In this document: one piece after another, positions 43,246 through 57,855 of the stretch
Layout of the letters: every line of letters begins with the position of its first letter
Position numbering within the stretch: position 1 is the stretch's first letter
DNA from: the human T2T-CHM13v2.0 reference genome, Homo sapiens
Direction: 5' to 3' (one strand)
NCBI RefSeq assembly: GCF_009914755.1
Contig: NC_060932.1
Length of the DNA stretch: 64,000 nucleotides
Position numbers and translations under genes: made by a program
Notes under the pieces: generated by a model
Databases searched by the model: none
Told to the model about the DNA's origin: nothing
What the model saw: the letters and a program-made list of their open reading frames with translations, nothing else

Positions 43246-44454
43246 GTAAAAATGATACAGCTATAACTTGTTTGCTAAGATATATTGTGATATACATCCC
43301 CGAAGATGAAATGGAGTGTAATTTTTTGTTGTTCTTTTGGTATTGCATTTGCATTAAATTTGCTTGGTGTATGTGGCATGTTTTATCCCATGGGAGCTGG
43401 GAAACAGTAATAACAACAGGGACGTAGGATTTTTGTTTCTTCTTCATTTTTTTATTTGTATAAAGGCAAAAAACTACATGCATTTTAGAACATTTAAAAA
43501 TTAGAGTGGAATAATTTACTACTAATCCTATTGTCAAGTTGAGCATTTCCATTTTTGAACATCTGTCTCAGTCTTTGTTCATACCCATACATGTTTTCCA
43601 CAAGCACACTAACACATATGATGGAGCATGATGGTATGATGGAAAGGTGGTGCAGGCCTAATGACTAAGACATGGGCGAAACGGTCAAATGGTCAAGATT
43701 CAATTGCTGACTTTGCCATTTACAAGCATGGTGACCTGGACACATTATTTAACCTTTCTGTGCCTCACTTTCCTCAATAATCTTTACTTCGTAGGGTTAG
43801 AATGAGGATTAAATTAATTAATCCTCAATGTAGTATCTGAAATGCTCAATAAATGTTTGCTATTAATATTGCACTACATAGGCAATTTTGTAGCACCCTG
43901 TATTACATACAATATGGCCATTACATAGTCTTCTAACTTAAAATTTGTATTGATTAGATACTAAGTAATGTACTATGAATAAATAGAACACTTTGGTAGT
44001 GTTGGACATTTAAATGGCTTTCAAGTTTTTACTATTATAAATAATGCTGCAATGAACATAGTTTTAACCTTAGCTTTCCTCTTATTTTTTTAACCAAAGC
44101 TACCTATTTTCCTATGACAAACTCTGGGAAATGGTATTACTCTTGATCCATTTTGAAAAACTATGGTGTAAAAGTATCTGATTTACATAGCACATTGCCT
44201 CCAAAAACATAGTAAACACTGGTAAATTTTAATGGTTATTAAATCCTTATGACATCCCAAATCATGTTATCTATTTCTGCCATACAACATATTTAATAAT
44301 TTTAATTAAAATTTATCAGTTTATTTGTGCAAGTGAGAGTATATAACTGTGGATCTATGGAAGTTGTCTTCATTTCTTTTTGTTAAAAGTGGTTTTCTGC
44401 AATATAATTCACTCTAACATTCATATCATAACATTCATTCATTTTTTATTATTT

Positions 44455-45640
44455 TTTAATTTTTTTGTTTTAAAGTTTTCTTTTTAATTGACACATAATT
44501 GTATATATTTATGGGGTACAGTGTGATGCTCCAATACATACATATATTGTATAATGATCAAATCAGGGTAAAAAAACATTTACCCATTTAAAGTGTATAA
44601 AGTGTACAATCCTGTGAATGTACTAAACAATCACCACAATCTAATTTTAGAACAATTTCATCACTCCAAAAAGAAGGCCAGTACCCATTAGAAGAAACTC
44701 TCCATTTTCCTATCTCCCAGCTTTAGGAAACTAGTAATCTACTTTCTGTCTCTACACATTTGCCTGTTCTGGACATTTCATGTAAATGGAATCATGCAAC
44801 ATGGAGTATTTTTGTCTGACTTGTTTTACGTAGCATAAAGAATGCTTTAAAACTTAATCGGTGTTGTAGCATGTATCAGTACTTTATTCTTTTTTATGGT
44901 TAAATAATATCCTCTTATATGAATGAACCACATTTTATTTATCCATTTACCAGTTGATACAGATTTGAGTTGTTTTCATTTTCAGCTGTTGTGAACAATG
45001 CAGCTATGAACATCTATGTACAAGTTTTTGTGTGAACATGTTATTGTTTCACTATGTATGTATCATTTCACACATAAACTTGGGTATATACCTAGGAGTA
45101 AAATTTCTGAATCATATGTTTAACACTTTGAGGAACTGCCAAACTGTTTTCCAAAGTAGCTGCACCATTTTTACACTTCTACCAGCAATGTACAAGGTTT
45201 CATCTTTCTCCACATCTTTATTGACATTCGATATTATCTGTTTTTTGATTCTAACCATCCTAGTGGATGTGAAATAGTATCTTATTGTGATTTTGATATG
45301 TATTTCCTTAATGACTAATGATGTTGAGCACCTTTTCATATGCTTATTGGCCATTGGTGTGTTTTCACTGGAGAAATATCTATTCAAATGACTTGCCCAT
45401 ATTTATACTTGATCTTAGCCAAAAGGCTGAGAAGCAACGATTTGCCCATTTTTAATTGGATCATTTGTCTTTTTATTAATGAGTTTAAGAGTTCGTTATA
45501 TATTCCCAATATGAATCTGTTATCATATCGATAACAAATATGTTTATTCAACAATGAACAGCCCCAAGATAACAAATAAAAAAATATGTTTTACAATTTT
45601 TTCTCCCGTTTTTTGAGTTACCTTTTAACTTCCTTGCTGG
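44455..45640 (-). mobile_element. Antisense L1M 3' fragments (ORF2 end and 3'UTR)
   Basis: Minus-strand [32 protein letters not shown]... matches the L1 ORF2 C-terminus. Confidence 0.88.
45406..45438 (-). pseudogene. 3'-truncated (tailless) U2 snRNA retrocopy, about nt 1-33
   Basis: Reverse complement GTTGCTTCTCAGCCTTTTGGCTAAGATCAAGTA versus U2 5' end ATCGCTTCTCGGCCTTTTGGCTAAGATCAAGTG; 16-bp TSD at 45390-45405 and 45439-45454. Confidence 0.9.
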
Positions 45641-46270
45641 TATGGATTTAAGTTACCTTCTAGTGTTCTTTCAAATCGGACTGAAGAGTTCCCTTTGGCA
45701 TTTCTTGTAGGGCAGGTCTGCTAGTGATGAATTCTCTATTTTTGTTTATCTAGGAAAGTCTTAATTTGCATATGCAAGTCTTGGTTGACAGTTTTTTTCT
45801 TTCAGTACTTTGAATATGTCATCCCACTTCTTTATGGCCTTTATGATTTCTGATGAGAAGTCAGAAGTTAACCTTATTAAAGATCCTGTACATATGATAA
45901 GTTGTTTATCTTCTGCTGCTTTCAAGATTCTCTGCTTGTTTTTGGCTTTCAAAAATTTTACTGTGTTGTGTTTAGGTGTAGATCACCTTACTGTTGGTTT
46001 TAATAGTTACTGTGGTTGCAAGGTTGCCAGTTTTCAAGACTATTGTGGAGTTGGGGAGGGTGGTAGAGAGTAGATCAAAGTACTTATAAGGTACCCTTAT
46101 GTTTCTACCAATGTTCGTCGTTTTCATTGAATACATGCTCCTCAATTTGTTATAATCCTTTGATTAATTTTCAGAGTTCTAGATAATTCCATTTCAATAA
46201 TTTTTTTATTGCTTTTGTGGAGCACTGGATTTATGGAGAGTCTCCGTCTGCCATTTCAGAAGTCCTGCTC
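45641..46270 (-). mobile_element. Antisense old L1 ORF1 fragment
   Basis: Minus-strand ORF ...KQRILKAA...IRLTSDFSSE...WDDIFKVLKEKNCQPR matches L1 ORF1. Confidence 0.8.
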
Positions 46271-48294
46271 TGCTCTTATTATCTTGATCATATTTTGTTA
46301 TTTTTAATTCAAGTTTCTATTTCTCCATGAAATCTTCCATGATTTCTATAACTTGCTGAAGATAAATAAGAACTGGCCCAATATAAATTTGGATTTGAGG
46401 CTATGTCATGTGACCAAATCCTTGGAATAGAAGAGCCACCATCCAAGTGGCTCTTGAGACATTGGCTATCTTATTGTCAGAACAGTGAAAATTTCCTTTT
46501 ATATAACTGTTCATATGGTAGGTGACAATGAAGGGTAACTGTAATATTCTCCTGACCCAGTCATAGGCCTTGAAGAGGAACTTGGTTGTAGGACTTCATA
46601 AAAGAAGAGGATTCTAGTTTTAAAAAGGGCTTGCAAAATGGTGTCAGTGGCTTTGCAGCAATTTTGATATATACCCTCTATAGACTATAGAGTTCAGCTC
46701 TATGGTTGCACCTAGAATGTCACTAAGAGCCAAAATGAAGGAAATTAAACATCCTAAGGAAAACAATCAAGGCAAAATTAAGAGCAAAATGTCCATTACG
46801 GCAGAAAGTTGGAGAGAGTAGGCAGAGAGGAGTTTCTAGAGAACAGGGACTAGACCTAGTTCACTTGCTAACCCTTGAATCTGTTTATTGCCTGACATAG
46901 ACTAGACACTCATAAATATCCATTGAAATCATGAAAATTTAATAAAAATGACTTTGCTGAAATTTGTTTAATATTGACTGCTTTATCTAGGGGGCGTTCA
47001 TTGTTGAATTTTTCTTGTGATCCTTCTCACTCTGAGGGAATCATAAAGGCATCCATGTATCTTATATTAATATTATTTACTTATAAACCTGCCCAGAAAT
47101 TTAGTTCGGCTTTTTATTGCATTTTTGCAAATTGAAACGCTAAATAGTATTCTCCGTTGCTGGGAAAAAGTTAGTGCTTATGCCGTTCACTCCTAGAAAG
47201 TTGCTTTCTGCTTCTGCTTTACTATTGTATGAAGTCAATTAATTTTGTAGATGAAAAGGTTTAATATTTATTGTGAACTCCCAGGGCACTTGCCTAATCA
47301 TTGAATATCCCTTATGCTCCTTAGGATTGAAATGGTTAATACAGTTTTGCCTTTGTAAAAACAATTTATATCACCAGCAATGAGAAGACCTATATTTGAC
47401 CTCCAACTCTGCTCTTTACTATATAAGGAAATATGGATAAAGCACTTAACATTTGTAAGCTTTAATTTCCTCCTTTGTAAAATGAGTGCAACAATACTTT
47501 ATAATATAACTATGCAGACTGAAAGAGTTAAACATCAATGCACTTTATATAAAGTATAAAACACTCTTATCATTATGCTCTTTAGGCTGACTCTTATGAT
47601 CCTGCCCACAAATTGTGGTAGACTTCCTGATAGGATGGGGTTTAAGATAATTTTTCAGATGAATGAAGGCAGGAAGGCAGCTTGGCAGATGGCTGGTGGG
47701 TGGCTATTTCTGGCATGGGGGTATGTGTAGAAATGTCTGCAGGCTGGAGTAGGAGGAAGGAATATAGGAAAACAAGACTAGGTTGGCTGAGCTAGAGCAA
47801 GTCAGTTGAGTATGTAATATCAAGAATGTTTATCTGGGTCTTTTCAATGTTTAAAAGTTAGATGTCCATGTGGGCCTACAAACTATTAGCCATTAGCTAG
47901 ATGGGTGTTAGCATGTCATTTTGATTTTGGCATAACTCTGTATGACTTTCTTTTCTCTCCTCCTTCTTGTCCTCTTCCTTCTTCATCTTCTTTTCCATTC
48001 TTTCCTTTTTTTTTGTTTTTTAGGAATCCTAAAACTTGGAGATTGGTAACATTTTACATTGACTTCATTCAGAAGTTTAGGAGTGGCAGCACTAAGCAGT
48101 TCCCTGTTGACATGTTTGACTTTCCTGTGGATGGCAGATCCTAGGGACAATTTAACTTAAACTTTTTCGTTAGTTACAAAAGTTGAAATATTTTTAAAAT
48201 GGCATCTTCTACAAATTTTCAATTATAGATACTTATTAAGAAAAGTTAATAACATTGTTCCCCTTAAATAGAAAATAAATTGCAGAAATAAAAC

Positions 48295-51200
48295 CCCAGT
48301 TCAGATGATATCAGCAAGATAATAGAATAGAATTTGCTTAGCTTCAGTACTCCTCACAGGAAGACTAACAATCATCTACAGAGAAGAGTGCCTTTGTGAA
48401 AATCCCAGAAACTGGGGGTGAGGCTGATGCACCCCACAGAAATGAGAAAAAGTCTCATTAAAAGGGTAAGAGAAGCAGTTACACTTTGACTGCTTCACCT
48501 CTCCCTCAGGCTGGCATGGCATCATACCCAGCTAGTCCTAGATGGACATCCAGCTTTTCCAAAATTTTGGGGTGCTTCATGGGAAACTCACTTCTGCTTT
48601 CCCCTACAGGGTATACTGAGGGACTTGGCAGGGCTAGATTCTATGGGGTCAGCCAGGAACAAAGAAGCATGGCAGGGGTTCACAGCAACCAGTGCACAGA
48701 ACTTGGCGATAGCACTGCATCCCTGCTGTTAGCATTATCACTGACTAACCAGAGAGCTTAGTCAGTGTCTCTGCCTAACCATGGAGCAAAACTAGTGGTA
48801 CTGTCTGGCTAGAGAATACAGTCTGCAGTTATGCCTGTCTTGGGTTCCAAGCCAGTGGTCATGCCAAGCCATGGAGCCTAACTTACAGCCCTGCCTGAGC
48901 AATGAGCCAAGCCAATGACCCTGCCTGACTCTGGAGCATATCTTGCAGCCCTGCCTGATCAGGAAGCCTAGACAAAGACTCTGCCATGACATAGAACCCA
49001 GCCTGTGATTCCACCAGGGAAGGCAGCCCAGCCAGTGACCTTGACCAACTATGGGGCAAACCTGTGTCCCTGCCTGACCAGGGAGCTAGGCTAGCAATCC
49101 AGCCTACCGTGAAGCCCAGTCTATGGCCCCTTTCAGCTGTGAAGTTTAGCTTACAGCCCCACCTGACAATAAAACCCAGCCTATGGTCTTGCTAAATTGT
49201 GGAGCATAGCCTGATGGAACAGGGAGTCCAGACAGCAAACCCACCTAATCGTGGAGTGCAGCCTATAACCCCATCAAACTGCAGGGCACAATCTACAGAT
49301 TCTCCCAAACTGAGAGCCCAGTAGAGGTCCTCACTGACTGTGGAGCACAGCAACAGCTCTGCATTATCAGGCAACCCACCCAATAACCCTGCTGAACTGT
49401 GAGACACAGCCTTGACCCTACCCAATTGCAGAGCCCAGGCTGCAGCTAACCCCAACTGCAGAGCTCAGCCTGCATGAATGTGGAGACCAGCCATGAGCAC
49501 TGTCTGGCCAGAGAGATTGGTTAGGTCTCTGACTAGGAGTGATTGTGGAACTCAGCCTATAGCCCTGCCTAATCATAAGTCCAAGCAGCAGCACTTCTTG
49601 GCCAGGGAAAGCAGCCTATAACTCTGCCCAACCAGAGGCAATTGTGGAGCCCAGCCAGTGGCTCCATCTTGCCAGGAGCCCAACCAGAAGTTCTGCCTGA
49701 CTACAGCCAGGTCAGCAGACCTACTGGTTGCAGAGACCACCTTGCAGCTCCACCCAACATCAGAGCATGGGCAGATGTCTTGCCCAATTGGAGACCTTAA
49801 CAGAAAGCATAACCTACCTGTGAATGCTACCAGCTGGTCTGTCTAAAACTCCAGGCTGGGCTGATGGGTGAAGGTCTTTCCCTGCCAAAGTGAACCTGTA
49901 AAGTCTGGAATACCTGATTGCTTCCTTAAATGCACAGTCACCAATGCAAGAATATAAGGATCACAAAGAAGTCGTGGTAACATGAAACTACCAAAGAAGA
50001 ATAATAAAGCTCCAGTAGTTGATCCTAGAGAAATGGAGATCTACGAACTGTTTGAGAAGGAATTGAGAATAATCCCTTTAAACAAGTTCAGTGAACTTCA
50101 AAAAAAAAAAAAAGGTAGACAACTAAATGAAGTTAGATAAGCAACACATGATCAAAACTATTATAGAAGTTCAACAAGGACATAGAAACCATTAAATAAA
50201 ATTAAAATTCTAAAGCTGAAGAATACAGTGAATGAAATGAAAAATTCAGTACAGAGCTTCAACATTTGACTCAATAAAGAAGAAGAAAGAATCAGTGAAT
50301 TTGAAGACAGGTCATTTGAAAATATTCAGTCGGTGGAGCAAAAAGGAAACAAAATAATTTTAAAAAGCGAAGAAAGGTTATGAGTTAATGGGATACCATC
50401 AAGTGAAACAATATATGCATTATGAAAATTCCAGAAGGAGAAGAAGGAAAGATAGGGACAAAAAGCCTATTTAAAGAAATGATTACTGAAAACCTTGCAA
50501 ATTTGGGGAGAGAAATAGACATTCTGATTTGTGAACCCCAAGTGTCACTAGACAGGTTGAATCTGAAATGTTATGCACAAAGCAAATTATAAATAAATTG
50601 TCAAAAATGAAAGACAAAGAGAATTTTGAAAGCAATGAAAGAAAAATGATTCATCATATACAGTGGAGCCTCCACAAGACTGTCAGTGGATTTCTAGCAG
50701 AACGCTTGCAGGCTGGGAAAGAGTGGGATCATATATTCAAAATACTAAAAAAAACCTGCCAACCAAGAATACTGTACCCACCAAACTTGTCCTTCAGAAA
50801 TGGAGAAATAAAGATTTCCCATCCCAAAGTGATGAAGGAGTTCATCACTTTTACCTTCCTTACAAGAAATACTCAAGGAAGTTCATCAAGTTGAAATGAA
50901 AAGACACTAATTAACAACCTAAAATATATGAATATATGAAACTTGTTGTAAAAATAAATATATATAGTCAAAGGCAGAATTCTCTAAATTTTTATTATGG
51001 TGATGCATAACTCATTTCAATTCTAGTAGAGAAGTTAAAAATGTATTAAAAATAACTAACAACAATAACTTGCTATTAGATATACATAAAATGCAAATTG
51101 TAATATCAATAACATAAAATATTAGGTGTGAGTTAAAAGTGTCATTTTATAGACAATTAAATTTAAATTATCTGCTTAAAATAGGATGTGAAAATGATAA

Positions 51201-54200
51201 GATATTTTATGCAAGTCTTATGGTAACCACAAAGAATAAACCTGCAGTAGATACACAAAAGATTAAGAGACAGAGATCAAAGAATACCAACACAAAAGTC
51301 ATCAATTACAAAAGAAGACAATAAGCAAGGAAGAAAGGAGTAAAGGAAATATAATCAGAAAATTAACCAAATGGCAAAGATACGTTTTTAATTATCAATA
51401 ATTACTTTAAATATAAATGGATTAAATTATTTGATGAAAAGATGTGCAGCATTTGAATGGATTAAAAAACAAGATCCAATAATAAGCTGCCTATAGGGGA
51501 CTCACTTTAGCTTTAAAGACACACATAGGCTGTAGTTAGGGATGGAAAACACTTTCCATGAAATGATAATCAAATGTGGGCACGAGTGACTATAATTATA
51601 TCATACAAATTGACCTTAAGCCGAAAACTGTCACAAGAGACTAAGAAGATTATTACTTAATGATAAAGGGATCAATTTATCAAGAAGATAGAACAATTAT
51701 AAATATTTATGTACCCAACACTGAGCATCTAAATATATGAAGTGAGTACATTTACAACAATAGAAGTGAAAGGAGAAATAAGCAACAATATTATAATAGT
51801 AAGGATCTTTGATATTAAACCCTCAATGACGGATAGATCATCCAGATAGAAAACTGATGAGGAAACCATGGGTTTGAACAATACTGTAAACCCAGTGAAC
51901 CTAACAGACATATACAGAACATTTCATCCAACAACAGAATACATACTATTCTCAAGGGCACGTAAAATATCCAGGATAGATCATATGTTAGGACACGAAA
52001 CAAGTCTTAATAAATTCAAGAAGATTGAAATTACATCAAGTATCTTTTCTCACTACAATAGTATGAAACTCAACGTAAATGACAGGAAAAAAATTGGAAG
52101 ATTTACAAATTCATGGAGATTAAACACACTTCTCAATGATTAAGGAGTCATGGAATAAATCAAAAAATAACTTGAGACAAACACAAATGAAAATACAACA
52201 TACCAAAACTTATGTGATACAAAAGCAGTGCTGAGAGGAAAGTTTATAACTGTAAATGGCTACATTATGAAACAATAAAGATCTCAAATAAACAAGCTAA
52301 CTATACACTTCGAGGAATCAGAAAAATAGAACAAAATAAATCCAAAGTTAGCAGAAAGAAGGAAACAATAAAGATTAGAATGGGAAAAAAAATGAAATAG
52401 AGAGTAGAAGAACAATAGAAAAGATCAATAAAACCAAAAATTAGTTTTTGGAAAAGATAAACTTAAGCCTCTAGCTAGACTAATCGAGAAAAAAAGTGGG
52501 AGAACTCAGATAAATAAAATTATCAATGAAAAAGAAGACATTACAACTCATACCACAGAAATACATAGGATCATAAGAGACTGCTATGAACTATTATGTG
52601 TCAACAAATTGAATAACCTAGAGAAAACGTATAAATTTATAGAAACATACAACCTAAAAAGATTGAAACATGAAGAAATAGAAAGCCTGAATACACCAGT
52701 AATGAGTAAGGAGATTGAATCAGTAATCTCCCAACAAGGAAAAAACCAAGACCTTTAGTCTTCATTCTGAGTTCTACCAAACATTTAAGGAATAATTAAT
52801 GCCAAACCATCTCAAACTCTTCTAAAAAATCTAAAGTGGAGGGAATACTTCCAAACTCATTTTATGAGGCCAGCATTACCCAGATACTAAAGCCAGACAG
52901 GATATTAGAAGAAGAGAAAATTACAGGACAATATTCCTGATGAATGTAGAGGCAAAAATCCTCAACAAAATACTGGCAAACACAATTCAATAGCACATTA
53001 AAGTATCATTTAGCGTAATCAAGTGGGGTTTATCCCTGGAGTGCAAGGATGGTTCAATATGTACAAATTAATAATTGTGATACACTGTATTAACAGAAGG
53101 AAGGATAAAAATAATGTGATCATCTCAACAGATACAGAAAAAGCATTTGACAAATTTCAACATGGTTTTGTGATAAAAACTCTCAGCATATTTAATATAG
53201 AAGGAATGTATCCAACCTAATAAAGACCAAATATGATAAACCCACAGCAAACATTATACTCAATGGTGAAAAGCTGAAGGCTTTCTCTCAAACATCAGGA
53301 ACAAGATAAGGGTGCCTACTCTTGCTACTTCTATTTAACATAGTACTGGAAGTGCTAGTTAGAATAATTAGGCAAGAAAAAATAGGGAATCCAAATCAGA
53401 GAGAAGGAAGTAAAATCATCTGTTTGCAGATGACATAATCTTACATATAGAAAATTCTAAAAATTCCACCAAAAAGCAGTTAGAATAAACAAACTCAGTA
53501 AAGTTGCAAGCTACAAAATCAACATTTAAAAAATCTGTTGCATTTTCATACATCTCTACACTTAAAAAAATAAGTCATTGTTGAAAGAAATTAAAGTATG
53601 TACAATTAAACGGAAAGATATTCCATGTTCATGGATCAGAAAAATTAATATTATTAAAATATACATATTACCCAAAGCAATTTACAGATTCAGTGAAATT
53701 CCTATCAAAATTTCAATAGCATTTTTGACAGAAATATAAAAAACAATCCAAAATTTCATGTGAAACCACAAAAAACTCTAAATAGTCAAAGCATTCTTGA
53801 AAAAAAAGAACAAAGCTGGATGCATTGCATTATCTGATTTCACACTATATTCTAAAGCCATAAAAACTAAAATAGTATTTTTATTTTATTGGCATAAAAG
53901 TAGACACAAAGTCAAACGGAACAGAATCAAGAGCCCAGAAATAAACACATGCATATACGACCGTTTGTCAATATTTGACAATGTTTGTCAATATTTGACA
54001 AGGGCACCAAGAATGCACAATGGGGAAATATTACCTTTTTCAATAAGTGGTGTTGGGAAAACTGGATATCCATGAGCAAAAGAATGAAATTGGACCCATG
54101 TCTTATACCTTTCACAAAAATTAATTATAAATGGATTAAATACTTAAAAATTCTAGAAGAGAAAGAAACCATAGGCAAAACCCACTTTTCCCTATGTTTT

Positions 54201-54890
54201 GGCAATGATGTTTTTGGCTATGACACCAGAAGCACAGGCAACACAAGCAAAAATACACAAACGGGCTGTATTAAACTAAAACGTTTCTGCACAGAAATGA
54301 AAATAATCAGCAAAATAAAAAGGCAATGAGTTGAAATGAAATGGGAATGGGAGAAAATATTTGCAAACCAAATATCTGATAAGGGATTAATATCCCAAAT
54401 ATATCAGGAACTCATTCAGCTTAATAGTAGAAAAACCCAAATAATATAATTTAAAAATGGGAAAAGACCTGAATAGACATTTTCCCAAAGAAGACATAGA
54501 AATGGCCAACATGTACACAAAAAGGTGCTCAACATAACTAATCATCAGGGAAATGCAAATTGAAACTGCAATGAGATACCACATCTAACCTGTTAGTATG
54601 GCTATCATCAAAAAAACAAGAGATAGTAAGTTTTGGTGAGAATGTGGAGAAAAGGGAACCCTTGTATATTGCTTGTGGGAATGTATCGGTACAGACATTA
54701 TGGAAAACAGTAAGGAGAGGCCTATAAAATTAAAAATAGAGCTACCATATGATCTGCTTCTGTGTATATATCTGAAGGAAACAAAATCAGTATCTTGAAG
54801 AGATATCTGCACCCATGTGGTCATTGCAGTGTCATTCATAATAGCCAAGACATAGGAACACCTTATCTCTCCATCAATGAATGAATAGAT
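48295..54890 (+). mobile_element. Near full-length decayed L1 (L1M-type): repeat-rich 5'UTR, ORF1 (about 49900-50895), ORF2 (about 51371-54890)
   Basis: ORF remnants WDHIFKILKK.CQPRILYP, DIYRTFHPTTEY..FS...[20 protein letters not shown]...EKAFDK and FNKWCWENWIS; many stops and frameshifts. Confidence 0.93.
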
Positions 54891-55923
54891 AAACATAAAT
54901 AAAGCCAAAAAAGACCTAAAAACCCTAATACAGGTGCAGAATATACTATGGAAAACATATCGTTGATTTTCAGAAGGGTTAAATTTCCTCAGATGGGCTA
55001 AATTTTAGAACAAAAATATTATTGGCTTCAGATATCAATCATTTTTTATTTATTGGAGGACAACTGAAAGAATATGGCATGGCCTACTCCTTAAGAAGCC
55101 AAAAACCTTTGTGGAGAGGGAAGATTAAGGTTGTTTGCTGATGTCTGCTCTGAGCTGGATGATAGATATTTAGCAAAACTGAAACATGAAAGAAAAAAAT
55201 ATCATTCTCTAATCCCTCTCTGCTGACATCTTCTTTTGAAAGACTAACATCTTTATTTGTGGACTTGATCATATCCTCCTCTGTCTCTCAAAATTGTGAC
55301 CCATTAGCCATCCTTATTTTTTCTTGCGTTTTCAGGATTATTCTATTTAGCCCTTGCCTTCAACCTGCCAACAGGCTTATGTTTTTCCTGTTCTAAATGT
55401 GACCCTTACTCTACTCTTAGGTTACAGTTTTCCTTCTCTTTGCAAATCTTCAAAGTACTAACCCATACTCATTCCTTTACCTCTTTCTCTTTCCATTCTC
55501 TCTTAATCTTGCAATTTGGAATATTATCTCATCATTCTATTTAAACCACATTTTCTAGGATCAGCAGTGAGATTCTGATTCTTCTTCAGCTATTTTTCTC
55601 AATTGGTAGCCAAGGAATTATCGGGTGGACAGATAGTGCAGTGATAGGTGTGAGTATTGGAACCAGATATCCTGGGTTCAGATTTTAGCTTCTTGACCAC
55701 CTGTGTGTTTGTGGGCAGTTATTTACCATTTTATCCTCTGTAAAATTATTAAAAATAATAGTACCTAAGAGGATTGTTGTGAGGATTATGTGGGTATATA
55801 AAATCAATGTAAAATTTTCAGCATATAAAAGGGCATGTAGTCAACACTCAAAATTCTTAAAAGTATTTGTATTGTGTTTGGGAAGCAAAGAGACAAAAGT
55901 GTTTCAGGAAAATGTAGGTGACA

Positions 55924-56362
55924 GTTATAGGTTGAATTGTGTTCCTCTAGAAGATATGTTGAAATCCTTGATACCTGTGAATATGACCTTATTTGGAAAT
56001 AGGCTCTTTACAGATTTAATTATGATGTAAGTTAACATGAGGTCATGCCAGAGTAGGCAGGGCCTTGATTCAATATGACTGGTGGTGTTATAAGAGAGAA
56101 GAGAAGCATCGAGAGAGAACACTATTTAGTGACAGAGGCAGAGATTAGATTGGTGAGCTGTAAGCCAAAGGATGCCAAAGATTGACAGCCACCACCAGGA
56201 GCTAGAAAGAGGCAAGGAAGGATTCCACCCAGAGTCTCAGAGGGAGTATGGCCTCATTGACGTCTTGATTTCAGACTTCCAGGATCCAGAATGGTGAGAG
56301 AATAAGTATCCGTTGTTTTAAGCCACCCAGTTTGTTATGAAAACCCTAGGAAATGAATATAG
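55924..56362 (+). mobile_element. MLT1B-like LTR
   Basis: GTTATAGGTTGAATTGTGT...GAATATGACCTTATTTGGAAATAGG...TTTTAAGCCACCCAGTTTG...CCCTAGGAAATGAATA. Confidence 0.85.
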
Positions 56363-57064
56363 AATCCAACAGTCAGATGCTTCACAGAAATGAGGAACGA
56401 AAATGGAAAGAAAATGGTTAAATTTGCCAACAAAGAGGATGTTAGTGCCTTTCAAAAGAGCCATTTTACTAATCTTGCTGAGAGATATTATAGGGAATGA
56501 TAGAATCTATCATGGGGTGAAGAGAAATGGTGGTTCTGGATATAGAGCCACTTGATCATTACGTTTGTGAGAGGGAAGCAGGTATTAGAGAGAGCACAAC
56601 AGTGTAAAGAGTAGACTCCTTTTTAGGAATAGAAAAATTATCCATTTTTGCATGAGAAGAAGGTGGCACTGGAGAGACATTTTTGTATGTAACACTGCTG
56701 AAGACAGTTGGAGTAAATGTTAGAGTCAGATCCTTCAAAAATCAAGAGATCTACTTTCTTAACAGCTACCAAAAATGCAGTTGGAAGAATAGGTTTTATA
56801 GAGGAGGATGGCACCTCTTCATCATCTTTGAGACTAGAAATTAGGCTAGGAAATAGTTGTGATAATAGACGTTAAGGTAGAAATAAAGTACAATCAGTTT
56901 GGCTGTAATAGTTTTGGAAATGTGAATTTGTTCCAACATAATTGGTATATTAAAGAACAGTGAGCCTAAGTGGAATTTCACATTTGCTTATGCACATTTT
57001 ATCCATGAGAACCACTAGATGAGTGCAGAAAACTCTACCTAGCTGAACTGAGTCACATAGGACT

Positions 57065-57066
<2 letters not shown>

Positions 57067-57100
<34 letters not shown>
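57067..57100. repeat. (AC)17 microsatellite
   Basis: Direct reading. Confidence 0.95.
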
Positions 57101-57102
<2 letters not shown>

Positions 57103-57556
57103 CAAACACCTACCAGCTACCTCAGTCCACTGCATGTGTTAGGAACCATGCTTATTCACATCTGATGTTAAAACTATCCTTCCAATTTCAGATAACCCTT
57201 CTTCCACAACTTGACAATAACTTACAAGCTACAGTTGTTTTCACACCTCTTTCAGAAGAAAACTTCGTGTCTTTTCAAAATAAAATATCATATTTATTAT
57301 AGTATTTATGTATTTCTTAACCATTAATATGTATATAACTGTGTTGCCATTTTTATTAGGTTCCTATATTTTTTCTGATGTCATTGATGAAGTTTCCAAG
57401 TGTTGTTTCCCAACCTTTTTTTTTTTTTTTTTTTTTTTAACCATAAGCCTATGGTTTTTATTGTAAAATTTTGCAGTGTGGTGATTTTAGACACATGTCA
57501 CATTATAGAACTGGCTATACATATAGCAGGAGCTCCTCCTGGATGGTCTGATTTCC

Positions 57557-57855
57557 CTTTTATTTATTTTTATTTGAGACAGAGTCTTACTCTGTAGCTC
57601 AAGCTGGAGTGCAGTGGTGGGATCTTGGCTCACTGCAACCTCCGCCTCCTGGGCTCAAGTGATTCTCATGCCTCAGCCTCCTGAGTAGCTGGGACTACAG
57701 GCACGTGCCACCACGCCCGGCTAAGTTTTTTGTATTTTAGTAGAGATGGGGTTTCATGTTGCCCAGGGTGGTCTCAAACTCCTGAGCTCAGGCGATCTGC
57801 CTGCTTCGGCCTCTCAAAGTGCTGGGATTACAGGCATGAACCACCACACCCAACT
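57557..57855 (-). mobile_element. Alu
   Basis: Reverse Alu with flanking duplication TGGTCTGATT. Confidence 0.93.

Noticed and set aside
50568-54329. L1 ORF1/ORF2 fragments as functional genes
   Set aside because: Broken by many stops, frameshifts and an internal deletion; inactive relic
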